This document shows positions 37,158 to 46,555 of a stretch of 64,000 bases of DNA, piece after piece. Below the pieces are notes generated by a model. The model was not told where the DNA came from and ran no database searches. It saw only the letters and a list, made by a program, of their open reading frames with translations. The stretch lies in assembly GCA_030754585.1 (NCBI GenBank), contig JASMAB010000001.1:6523-70522 (forward strand), in the 5' to 3' direction. Position 1 is the stretch's first letter. Each line of letters opens with the position of its first letter. The DNA is from Nitrososphaerales archaeon. GTDB taxonomy: Archaea; Thermoproteota; Nitrososphaeria; Nitrososphaerales; JACPRH01. The translations under genes and the position numbers were made by a program.

Positions 37158-38488
37158 CTCTTTATGCCTTCATTCAGTATCTTTGAAATTTTATCTTTGT
37201 AACGATTCATAAGTTCTGAGGTGGTTTTCTCTGTTTTAGACTCGACAGAAATACGAATAATATTCTCAGTATTCGAAGACCTTATCAATATCCAAGATCT
37301 ATTTGTCATCATGATTTTTATACCATCCATTGTATCCACATCACCTTCTTCTTCGGATAACGTCTTTATAATTCGGTAAGCATCTTCTTTTCTGCAATTC
37401 ATCTTTTCCCTTAGGATAAAATACTTGGGTAAACCCTTAACGATACTTGCTAAACTTACTTTGAGATTTACAATTGCGGATGCGATTAAAGCAGATGCAA
37501 GTACTCCATCTCGACAAAAGTTAAAGTCCGAAACTATCAATCCACCGCTGCTTCCTTCACCACCAACGAATATTTTCTCTTCAATCATACGCTGCATAAC
37601 ATTTGCTTCACCAACTTTACTGCGAATTACCTTACATCCTGATTTTTCAGCTATATCCTCTACAGCTAATGTTGTATCCGCACTTACAACAATATTCTTT
37701 AGAAGTCCTGAATCTGAAAGATATTTAAGATAAATCAAGAGAACATAATCAGATCTTAATTTTGTACATTCATTATCGATGAATACAACTCTATCAGCAT
37801 CGCAATCATATGCCACCCCAATATCTGCAGAAGAATCTTTGACCTTTTCTGAGAGGGCTCTTAAATCATCTTTAGTTGGATCCATACCTCTTGAGAAGAT
37901 ACCTGGAGTCCCATTTACTGTTAAAACTCTGCAACCAAGCTCCTGAAAAACATTAGGAAGAAACAAACATCCAGCTCCACCACCAGGATCAAGTACAACC
38001 TTAAGTTTTGAACAGGAATTTGCACCAACATACGAAACAATATCTGCTGGATAGTGTGATTCTGTAGGAAGAATATTTCCAGCTTTAAATAATTGTGTGC
38101 GACTTGAAAAAAACATTCTTTGAAGCCGATTCAACTCTTCTTCAAATAATCCTCTTGCACCTTTAACTACAAATTTTATTCCATTCCATTCAGGCGGGTT
38201 ATGTGATGCGGTTATGACTAATCCTCCATTGAGGTTCCCTCTTAGAACCTCTCTAAAAACAGAGGGTGTAGATGTCACACCTAAATCAATAACGGTACAT
38301 CCCCTACTCAGCAATCCAGAGATTGCAGCATTGGATGCCATAGATCCGCTTGATCTGGTATCTCTTCCTATAGCACACAATCCTCCATCTATGTATTCTG
38401 CAAAACTTCGCCCTATCTCAGCGTAGTCATTTGCTGTAAGATCGGTGCCGATTACACCTCTTATCCCAGAGATAGAAGTGACTCTCAA
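37154..38488 (-). CDS. phosphohexomutase family protein, paralogue 2
   Basis: 444 aa. Motifs ISGIRG, ITASHNP, the DCDADR metal loop and GGEGSSG. It has a 4-nt overlap with thiL. Confidence 0.85.
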   Translation of the reverse strand: MRVTSISGIRGVIGTDLTANDYAEIGRSFAEYIDGGLCAIGRDTRSSGSMASNAAISGLLSRGCTVIDLGVTSTPSVFREVLRGNLNGGLVITASHNPPEWNGIKFVVKGARGLFEEELNRLQRMFFSSRTQLFKAGNILPTESHYPADIVSYVGANSCSKLKVVLDPGGGAGCLFLPNVFQELGCRVLTVNGTPGIFSRGMDPTKDDLRALSEKVKDSSADIGVAYDCDADRVVFIDNECTKLRSDYVLLIYLKYLSDSGLLKNIVVSADTTLAVEDIAEKSGCKVIRSKVGEANVMQRMIEEKIFVGGEGSSGGLIVSDFNFCRDGVLASALIASAIVNLKVSLASIVKGLPKYFILREKMNCRKEDAYRIIKTLSEEEGDVDTMDGIKIMMTNRSWILIRSSNTENIIRISVESKTEKTTSELMNRYKDKISKILNEGIKS

Positions 38489-38689
38489 TATACCTATTTT
38501 GAACAGTTCGAGATAATATAAGGTTGGCTACAAAAAGATTAACCTATATCTTATGTTATTTGGGTAATAGAGATAGAATAATAATTAGCCTTGTTATAGA
38601 TACATTAATGTTACTACACACTATTTCAGAGCCACAATGAAACTTGTTCTTATGTTATAGTTATTAATCATCTAAACCTGATAAAGAAT

Positions 38690-39898
38690 GTGCCTCAACG
38701 ACTAAAAGAGATTCAAAAGCAAATATTCTCAAGAATAAATTCGGTAGAAGCTACAAAACTTGTACAAGATATGGTGAAAATAAAAAGTGTAAACCCGCCA
38801 GGTAATGAGGATGCTATGGCGATATATCTGGAAAAGAAGATGAAGGAAATAGGTCTTGAAGTTCATTTGGATGAGTGTTTGCCTGGTAGATCAAATGTTA
38901 TTGGCCACCTAAAAGGGACGGTTGGTTATCCAACATTAATGCTGAACGGCCATCTTGACATAGTTCCACCAGGAGATAAACGTCTATGGTCTTTTGATCC
39001 CTTTGGGGGAGTTCTAAAAGATGGGAGAATATACGGACGGGGTTCAGCGGATATGAAAGCTGGTCTGGCATCAATACTTTTAGCTTCAAAAGCAATCAAA
39101 TTATCTGGCATACAATTAAAGGGAGACCTAATGCTTACAGGAGTAATTGATGAAGAAGTTACAGGTTTAGGGGCTCAAGAACTTATTCGTAGAGAAAAAG
39201 CTGCCGATATGGTAATTGTAGCTGAACCTACTGAGCTAAATCCGGTTAGAGCACATAAAGGATTAGTCTTTTTTGAGATATCCACTATTGGAAAAGCAAT
39301 CCACTCAAGCAGAGTATCTTCAAAATGGAATAAAGGAGAAGTGAATGCCATTTACCAAATGGGCAAAGTTCTAATAAAAATCCAAGAATATCTGGTTAAT
39401 CTAGAAAAAAAAGTGGATCCACTCGTCGGAAGCCCAACAATAAGCGTTGGAACTATAACAGGTGGCTCAAAGACCAATATAGTACCAGACAGATGCACCA
39501 TAACAGTAGATCGAAGACTCTTACCCAGTGAGACTATAGAAGATGCTAAGGCTGAGATGGAAAATATCCTTCAACAATTACATAAAGAAGATCCTCGTAT
39601 AAAGACAAATCTAAAGATTATTGTCAGCAGGAGAGGAGCCATTACAAATCCAGATGAACCTATTGTTCGTTTGTCGAAAGAGGCAGCTGAAGAAGTGCTA
39701 GGGAAAGATGTAGAAGTTACAGGCAGTCCTGCAACAAGTGATATGGAGGTTTTTATGAATCAAAGATGTATCCCCACTGTTTTGTTAGGTCCCGGTAGTC
39801 TTAGTATGGCACATATAATAGATGAATATGTAGAGGTGGACCAGATTGTGGATGCAGCCAAAATATTTGTAATTATAGCTTTGAAGACTTTGGGCTGA
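38690..39898 (+). CDS. M20-family metallohydrolase (ArgE/DapE/LysK-type deacylase)
   Basis: 402 aa. Motifs LMLNGHLDIVP, GRGSADMKAG and the DEE metal ligands (VIDEEVTG). Confidence 0.8.
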   Translation: MPQRLKEIQKQIFSRINSVEATKLVQDMVKIKSVNPPGNEDAMAIYLEKKMKEIGLEVHLDECLPGRSNVIGHLKGTVGYPTLMLNGHLDIVPPGDKRLWSFDPFGGVLKDGRIYGRGSADMKAGLASILLASKAIKLSGIQLKGDLMLTGVIDEEVTGLGAQELIRREKAADMVIVAEPTELNPVRAHKGLVFFEISTIGKAIHSSRVSSKWNKGEVNAIYQMGKVLIKIQEYLVNLEKKVDPLVGSPTISVGTITGGSKTNIVPDRCTITVDRRLLPSETIEDAKAEMENILQQLHKEDPRIKTNLKIIVSRRGAITNPDEPIVRLSKEAAEEVLGKDVEVTGSPATSDMEVFMNQRCIPTVLLGPGSLSMAHIIDEYVEVDQIVDAAKIFVIIALKTLG

Positions 39899-39900
39899 AT

Positions 39901-40944
39901 CTATTCCAATTCCTTGTTTGGCCACATCATCTTTCTTAATGTTAGGCCGACCTGTTCAATCGGATGCTGCTTCAATTCGTCCATATATTTGTCGAATGCT
40001 TGTTTTCCCTCTTTTTTATAAGCATCAATCCATTCTTCTGCAAATTCGCCTGACTGTATTTCTTTAAGAGCTTTACGCATACCTTCCTTCGATGCCCCAC
40101 CAACAGCATATGAACCTCTGGTAAGGCCACCATAACGAGCTGTTTCGCTAACACGCCTATACATTCCTCCAATACCATATCGTTGAATAAGGTCCACTAT
40201 CAGTTTCAACTCGTGTAGGCACTCAAAGTAGGCTATTTCGGGGGCATAACCAGCTTCAACAAGAGTATCAAATGAATTCCGTATCAATTGGTCCACTCCA
40301 CCACAAAGATCTACCTGCTCACCGAAGAAATCAGTCTCAACCTCTTCTTTGAATGTGGTTTCAAGTATTCCTGCTTTTGAACACCCTACTCCTTTAGCCA
40401 TAGCCAGTACCCTCTTCAAAGCCCTGCCAGAAAAGTCCATTTCAACAGCAACTAATGCGGGGGTTCCAAAATTTTCTAGATATACTTCCCTAACTCGTTG
40501 TCCAGGGGACTTCGGTGCGATCATTATTACATCGACTGATTTGAGAGGCATTATCCATTTCCAATGAATTGCAGCACCATGTGAGAAGCTAAGTGCATTT
40601 CCTTCTTTGAGATTGGGTGCTATTTTATCTGTGTAAATATCAGATTGTATCACATCAGGAACAAGTATATGGACGATGTCTGCTATTTCAGCTGCCTTCT
40701 CAATTTCATAAACTTTGTGGCCATCAGCTTCTGCCTTTTTCCAGCTTTCACCATCTTTCCTAAGTCCCACAATAATGTTAAGACCTGAATCCTTCATATT
40801 GTTAGATTGAGCTTGCCCTTGATTCCCATAACCGATTACGGCTATTTTCTCATTCTTTATTTCATCAATGTTAATGTCTGAATCGTACCATTTTCTAATC
40901 AAAGCTGTATTCATCCTTGGTTTGTTGAGGTTACCAACTTTCAC
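39901..40944 (-). CDS. ilvC: ketol-acid reductoisomerase
   Basis: 347 aa class I KARI with VIGYGNQGQAQSNNMKDSG and FSHGAAIHW. Confidence 0.95.
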   Translation of the reverse strand: MKVGNLNKPRMNTALIRKWYDSDINIDEIKNEKIAVIGYGNQGQAQSNNMKDSGLNIIVGLRKDGESWKKAEADGHKVYEIEKAAEIADIVHILVPDVIQSDIYTDKIAPNLKEGNALSFSHGAAIHWKWIMPLKSVDVIMIAPKSPGQRVREVYLENFGTPALVAVEMDFSGRALKRVLAMAKGVGCSKAGILETTFKEEVETDFFGEQVDLCGGVDQLIRNSFDTLVEAGYAPEIAYFECLHELKLIVDLIQRYGIGGMYRRVSETARYGGLTRGSYAVGGASKEGMRKALKEIQSGEFAEEWIDAYKKEGKQAFDKYMDELKQHPIEQVGLTLRKMMWPNKELE

Positions 40945-40963
40945 TACTATAAAGGCTTTAAGA

Positions 40964-41476
40964 CTAATTATCTTTGGATCTTTGAGGATCTCGTTCTGTG
41001 GTGCTCTTATTAGTACTTGATAATCGCTTTAGATTAACTGTTAAAATACCATTAAGATAAGAGGTGTTAATTAGGGTTAACCCTTTCGGTAGTTTAACCT
41101 TCTGTTTGAATCTTCCTCCCCCAATTATGGAAAGTGACTTTGTTTTTAGATTTATTTTTACATCTTCGACTGGCCCCGGGACCTCAGCAACCACCGTAAC
41201 TTTGGTGTCAGATTCAAGAACGTCGCATGTCCATATCTTCTTAGGAGACTCTTCAGTTCCAAATTCTCTTTTAACAAGCTGTCTAATTTCTCTCATCCAG
41301 TATATCATGAGGATAACCGCAACACCTGCGAGTACGAGTCCAAGCAATCCTCGTTGTATTCGGATAAGGAATAGAAGTAGGAGACCCATAAGGAATATTC
41401 CTATAACTAGTGTAAACATAGACCCAAGTTGAGCTAAACCATTTGAGCCAATTCTTCTCATCTCATCTCTAGCCAT
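40964..41476 (-). CDS. Hsp20/alpha-crystallin domain protein with two N-terminal transmembrane helices
   Basis: 170 aa with hydrophobic segments FTLVIGIFLMGLLLLFLI and LLGLVLAGVAVILMIYW. The ACD-like C-terminus is DVLESDTKVTVVAEVPG..NGILTVNLKR. Confidence 0.7.
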   Translation of the reverse strand: MARDEMRRIGSNGLAQLGSMFTLVIGIFLMGLLLLFLIRIQRGLLGLVLAGVAVILMIYWMREIRQLVKREFGTEESPKKIWTCDVLESDTKVTVVAEVPGPVEDVKINLKTKSLSIIGGGRFKQKVKLPKGLTLINTSYLNGILTVNLKRLSSTNKSTTERDPQRSKDN

Positions 41477-41530
41477 GCTTTCGCCTACTCTTTAGGCTAC
41501 GCTTAGAATCTATAAAGATTATGTTACTTC

Positions 41531-44389
41531 TTATTGGAAGAAGATAGAAATGTAGTGCATCTCAACTATACCTTGGACATTTACAAGTATTCCATAGTTT
41601 ATTGCATTATCATCATACCATTTTATAATTCGATTACCACTCGCTTTTGTACCCCAATCACCAACAAAAGATTCCAAGAGAGACTGAGTATTTTCTCGCT
41701 GTACTTCATCTTTGTAAGTAGCATTTCCTTCAAAGAAGGCAATATCTGGTGTCATCATGCTTGGCTCAACAATCTCTAAATCCTCGTTCAAAATAATGCT
41801 TTCAATAATATCTATACGATCTTCTGCACCTAGTTCAGTTATCTGGGGAGCATCAATTCCACCTAACTGAGCTAAGTACTCACTGAAGGCCTCTTCCGGA
41901 GTAGATCCTAATCCGATGAAGGTTTCACCAGTAGCATAAGCTCCTACAACAGCTACTAATCCGAGCTCCGTAATTACTCCACCAGCTTTTGCTGTATAGA
42001 CAGGAATTATATACACATCATGATCACCTACCCTGTACAATATTTTGTCACCCTCTCTTACACCCCCTGCGCTACTTAGGAGTGTTTTACGCTCAGCGTA
42101 TTTCTCATCTTTTGTTAATGCTTCAACGACAGCTGATGGACCAAGAAGTTTTAAGGCCTCTTGTTCCAATGGTATTTTGTAAAAGATAATGTTACCTAGA
42201 TTGGTAAAATCGTTTTGTAGAACTGCATAGCCAGCTAGATTCTTTCCAGGTGATCCCTTTAGTTGAAAAGAGATGACACCAAGAAACTCTGGTTCATCAA
42301 AAAGGGGAGGTTTTGCTATTACGAAAGCGGTATCTAATTCAGGAGGGATTTCATAGAACTGGTTTGCAACTATGAAGGTTGCGGGATCTGTCACATGATA
42401 GTCATTGAAGAGTGATATTCGCCACTCAAATAATTCTTCAGGATATCTCATTTGATTTTTGAGCCAAGATGGGATATCATTTTGTGTATATTCACTATAT
42501 GTAATTTTAAAAAGCTCACTAAAGAAGTCGTCACCTGTTATGAAAAGCTCAATGGAACCATCATAAGTATTGATGAGTGAATAACCAACATGTCTTAGTA
42601 ATGGGTTTCCGGTGCTCCAAGCTATATTTTCACCATCTAGACCTACTATTAATGGCATTAACCAATAGCTGTTTTCACCATCTGTAACAGGGTACATATC
42701 AACCGGTGTTTCTCCAAAATTGTAAAGGAAATATGGAAAGAGCAGTTCCATCCTATCGTAAACATCTCTATACCTAAGCGAATGAATTGTATCACCTGGG
42801 AATGATACTATGAATGTTGAATCGAATATCCAGCTAAGAGGAGGGGGCATATTGACCCCGCCTTCACCGTCATAAAATACGTCTCCAGGAACTTCAGCAC
42901 TTCGTCCAATTCCAAGTGGGTATGCTGCCCAGGTATTCTTCAATAGGCCTCCTTCACCGTAGTATATTTCTCTCTGCGCGAAGAAGTTTGATGAATCCAC
43001 AATCACACCATCTTGACCCTCTAAGAGAAGGAATCCATTTGGAACGTGTGTGTAAAACATGTGTTCGTTGAACCAGATATTATCCTCTTCAATAGTTTCT
43101 GGGAGTACAGGTTTCATTGAAGCGCTCCAATAAAGTGTGTTGTTAAATCGAAGGATATCTGAGTCTTCAAAATCGACATATGGGATAAGCCCTATTTCTG
43201 GTTTTAGTTTGGCAAAAGCTGCTTGCCAGTCCCAGAGTCGAATTTTACTGAGGAGACTACTCTGATTCTCTACATATCGACCTATTTGATTGGGTGCAAC
43301 TGGAGAGATACTAAAGTTATAACGGACTTCATTTATTTCGTCAATTTGGGCAAGATATCGATTTACGGATATCTCTTGAGTAGTATATGGACCCAACCAC
43401 TCAACTTTTCTAGCATCAGCTACACTATTCTGTACAGCTACGGCTGAGCCTGCTATTATTGCAATAATCAAGATGGTGACGACCCGAAAGAGCATACTAC
43501 GCCCAGTTCTAGGTGTAACACGTCTTCGTCTTGAACGATCTAAGAAAGAGAATACTGCAAATAATAGCCCAGCTCCAAATACTCCACCAATAATGAATTT
43601 GGTGTTATAGTCAATGTAAGAGGGAAAGAACATGTTTACACCGGTCCATAAAAGGGCTAATGATATTAGGGCTTCAATCGTTGCTACTGGAATATTTACA
43701 GGTTGTCCAGGTTCTGTTGATTGAAGGAATATAGAGGTCCCCACTTTAACTATTTGGGTTAAGCCAATTAGAATTATCAGCCGAACACCTAGCACGGTTA
43801 AAATTGGAGTTAGAAGAAGAGTTAGTGCAGGGGTTAATGGTATAACACTCTGCTCAGCAAAAGTCATAGAGAGAGTGGGCGTTACGAAAGGAAGTACCAA
43901 TAGATTAGGAATACTCAAGATGTTTGAATCCCAACCATTAAACATTGCTTGAATGCTCATACCAAATATTATGTTTGAGAAGATAGTCATTCCAATAAGA
44001 ACCTTTGTGACTTGCCAAAGAAGAAACTTCACTTTTGAGAGTTTGAAATATGTAAACTCCAAATATTCTGGAGGAATTGTTAATATTTCCGCCCTGGAAC
44101 TTTTTAAGACTCGCAAAACTAATCTGGTTAACCACCAAGTAATTGAACGTCTACTCTTGAAATCTACTCTGAATAATGCTAAAAAGGCTAAGATTGAACC
44201 TCCAAGAATCTCAAAGTAGAAAGGTCGTATGAATAATTCTCCAAATTCTATAAGATTCAACCAGAACCATATTAGTTGAGTACCGGCAACCCAAACAAGA
44301 AATAAGCTAATTGTAATACCTATTAACCAGATAAACTTACGAGGTATCTCTTGTGGTTCGGGCGGTGTCTCAGATTCTTCAAAATCCAT
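41531..44389 (-). CDS. large polytopic membrane protein, UPF0182 (COG1615)-like
   Basis: 952 aa with about 7 N-terminal TM helices followed by a roughly 650-aa soluble domain. The size and architecture match the UPF0182 family. No search was run. Confidence 0.6.
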   Translation of the reverse strand: MDFEESETPPEPQEIPRKFIWLIGITISLFLVWVAGTQLIWFWLNLIEFGELFIRPFYFEILGGSILAFLALFRVDFKSRRSITWWLTRLVLRVLKSSRAEILTIPPEYLEFTYFKLSKVKFLLWQVTKVLIGMTIFSNIIFGMSIQAMFNGWDSNILSIPNLLVLPFVTPTLSMTFAEQSVIPLTPALTLLLTPILTVLGVRLIILIGLTQIVKVGTSIFLQSTEPGQPVNIPVATIEALISLALLWTGVNMFFPSYIDYNTKFIIGGVFGAGLLFAVFSFLDRSRRRRVTPRTGRSMLFRVVTILIIAIIAGSAVAVQNSVADARKVEWLGPYTTQEISVNRYLAQIDEINEVRYNFSISPVAPNQIGRYVENQSSLLSKIRLWDWQAAFAKLKPEIGLIPYVDFEDSDILRFNNTLYWSASMKPVLPETIEEDNIWFNEHMFYTHVPNGFLLLEGQDGVIVDSSNFFAQREIYYGEGGLLKNTWAAYPLGIGRSAEVPGDVFYDGEGGVNMPPPLSWIFDSTFIVSFPGDTIHSLRYRDVYDRMELLFPYFLYNFGETPVDMYPVTDGENSYWLMPLIVGLDGENIAWSTGNPLLRHVGYSLINTYDGSIELFITGDDFFSELFKITYSEYTQNDIPSWLKNQMRYPEELFEWRISLFNDYHVTDPATFIVANQFYEIPPELDTAFVIAKPPLFDEPEFLGVISFQLKGSPGKNLAGYAVLQNDFTNLGNIIFYKIPLEQEALKLLGPSAVVEALTKDEKYAERKTLLSSAGGVREGDKILYRVGDHDVYIIPVYTAKAGGVITELGLVAVVGAYATGETFIGLGSTPEEAFSEYLAQLGGIDAPQITELGAEDRIDIIESIILNEDLEIVEPSMMTPDIAFFEGNATYKDEVQRENTQSLLESFVGDWGTKASGNRIIKWYDDNAINYGILVNVQGIVEMHYISIFFQ

Positions 44390-44494
44390 AATGATCTAGC
44401 TTCTATTCAATGGCAGAGTTAAGTATAACATATAAATCTTAAATAGGATTTTCTGGTAGATAGTCAGGTATATAGCCAACTAAATACGCGATAT

Positions 44495-45475
44495 TTGATG
44501 TTGACTATTCTAGACCCTTATGGTAGACCAGTAACTCAGGCACGTATATCGCTCAATAGCTCGATGGAGTGTAATTTTAGTTGCGAATTTTGTCATAGGG
44601 AAGGCATCAAAGAAATTAGTAACAATATTATTAGGGCAGAAGAAGTAGAAAGAATTACACGTATTTTGGCTAGTTTTGGCATATCTATGATTAAGCTAAC
44701 AGGTGGAGAACCTCTCCTCAGAAGAGATATTGTAGAAATAGTTGGGCGTATCAATAAGTTAGGTGTGAGAGAGATTTCTCTCAGCACAAATGGAACCCAT
44801 CTTTCTGGACTGGCTTCTAAACTTAAGGATAATGGATTAAAAAGAGTGAATGTTAGTCTCCACACTCTCAATCGTGAAATGTTCAAACTCTTAACTGGAG
44901 CTGACAAATTAACCGAAACAATTGAAGCAATTAAAGCATCTATTGAGGCTGGGTTACTTCCAGTCAAGATGAATACAACTGTTATGAGAGGAATAAATGA
45001 TGACAAGTTGGATGATCTAGTAGAATTTTCCAGAAGCATAGGGGGTTCTGAAACTAATGTACTGCAACTTATTGAACTAGTACCCAATGAATCATTATTC
45101 TACGAGAAGTATCATTTCCCTTTGGATTCAATTGAAAACGACTTGAAAAATAAGTGTGTTGCTTCAACCGAACGTATCTCACATAGGAGACCCAAATATG
45201 AGCTTGCAAACGGAGTAATAGTTGAGATAGTTAGACCCATGCATAATACTAAATTCTGTATGGGATGCAATCGAATGAGAATAACTTATGACGGCAAATT
45301 TAAGCCTTGTCTGCTTCGAAACAATAATCATATCGATTTTCTATCATTTATGAGATCAGGGGCTGATGATACCAAGATTATTGAATTATTCAAGAATGCG
45401 GTATCTATTAGAGAACCCTTCTTCAAAGTTGAGAAAGCTAAATTGATTGAACAGAGTCGTAAATCATCTGGATAG
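44495..45475 (+). CDS. moaA: GTP 3',8-cyclase (molybdenum cofactor biosynthesis protein A)
   Basis: 326 aa. It has the radical SAM motif CNFSCEFC, GGEPLLR and the C-terminal cluster CMGCNRMR. The ATG at 44498 is likely. Confidence 0.9.
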   Translation: MMLTILDPYGRPVTQARISLNSSMECNFSCEFCHREGIKEISNNIIRAEEVERITRILASFGISMIKLTGGEPLLRRDIVEIVGRINKLGVREISLSTNGTHLSGLASKLKDNGLKRVNVSLHTLNREMFKLLTGADKLTETIEAIKASIEAGLLPVKMNTTVMRGINDDKLDDLVEFSRSIGGSETNVLQLIELVPNESLFYEKYHFPLDSIENDLKNKCVASTERISHRRPKYELANGVIVEIVRPMHNTKFCMGCNRMRITYDGKFKPCLLRNNNHIDFLSFMRSGADDTKIIELFKNAVSIREPFFKVEKAKLIEQSRKSSG

Positions 45476-45569
45476 ATAATTAATAAGAAGGTTAATTTAT
45501 TAGAATGTTCTTAGAAAGATTGCACTTAATACTTAAATCTGTATTTCTAGCTGTTAACAAGGATAAGAA

Positions 45570-46529
45570 ATGAGTCTATTGAAACTACGCCTCTCAATCT
45601 TTGGGACACTAGCATTTATTATTGGTTTATCTACACTTGCATTCACAATTTTATTAACTCTGACTGGGACATTCAATATTTATTTTATAATCATTTTTGT
45701 TGGATTAATTAATCTTCTTCAATGGATCTTTTCGCCTAAATTGATAGATTCATTATATAAGGTAAAAGAAGTCACGTATGATGAACAACCGAAACTCCAC
45801 CGAATGCTTGACAGCATATGCCATAAATCAGCACTAAAGAAACCAAAGGTAATGTTGGCGAACATTCCACTGCCAAATGCATTCGCTTATGGATCACCAC
45901 GCTACGGCAATAGAATTGCGGTTACTACAGGTTTGCTGAATAGTCTTGAATCCGAGGAGGTTGAAGCTGTTTTAGCACACGAAGTAGGGCACCTGAAAAA
46001 TAGAGACGTTCAGGTTATGATGTTCGCCTCAGTTCTTCCTGCAATTTTTTATTACATTGGTTTTACTTTCATGCTTTCGAGCTGGTATAGTGGTGGACGA
46101 AGAGATAATGGGGGTGCTATCATTATTGGAATAGCTGCAATGGCACTTTATTTTATTTTAAGCATCTTCGTGTTAAGTCTGAGTAGAATTCGTGAATATT
46201 ATGCTGATCGTCATGCAGTGAAGACGGTGGATGATGGTGCACGTAAGCTATCAGAAGCTCTTGCTAAGATAGCAACCTCTGAAACCAAAACAATGCTGAA
46301 AGGACGACGTGGTGGGTCCAGTTCCTTCAAGAGTTTATTCATAAATGATCCGGACACTGCCAAAGGTGACGCATCAACTCTCTCGAAGTATAGTGGGCGA
46401 CTTAACGATAGAGATTTAGTAAATAAGATGCTCGCAAAACCAGTTACCGGGTTAGATCGATTCATGGAGTTATTCTCAACTCATCCCAATATGGTTAAGC
46501 GATTACAAACTCTTCAAAGAATCCAATAA
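45570..46529 (+). CDS. htpX: zinc metalloprotease HtpX homologue (M48)
   Basis: 319 aa with TM helices, HEVGHLKNRD and the downstream REYYADR. Confidence 0.9.
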   Translation: MSLLKLRLSIFGTLAFIIGLSTLAFTILLTLTGTFNIYFIIIFVGLINLLQWIFSPKLIDSLYKVKEVTYDEQPKLHRMLDSICHKSALKKPKVMLANIPLPNAFAYGSPRYGNRIAVTTGLLNSLESEEVEAVLAHEVGHLKNRDVQVMMFASVLPAIFYYIGFTFMLSSWYSGGRRDNGGAIIIGIAAMALYFILSIFVLSLSRIREYYADRHAVKTVDDGARKLSEALAKIATSETKTMLKGRRGGSSSFKSLFINDPDTAKGDASTLSKYSGRLNDRDLVNKMLAKPVTGLDRFMELFSTHPNMVKRLQTLQRIQ

Positions 46530-46555
46530 AAATATTATTATCAAGATGTTGATCT

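Noticed and set aside
38549-38658. An 11-bp direct repeat TCTTATGTTAT (38549-38559 and 38648-38658) in the divergent promoter region between the PGM paralogue and the M20 peptidase.
   Set aside because: A single pair of AT-rich 11-mers in AT-rich intergenic DNA can arise by chance. There is no third copy and no palindromic structure.
44593-45087. Long antisense ORFs inside well-supported genes, for example 44593..45087 in moaA, 17047..17499 in aspartate kinase, 3067..3489 in the aminotransferase, 10888..11232 in the radical SAM gene and 41064..41432 in Hsp20.
   Set aside because: Each lies fully within, and opposite to, a gene with clear family motifs. Their low-complexity translations have no recognisable features.
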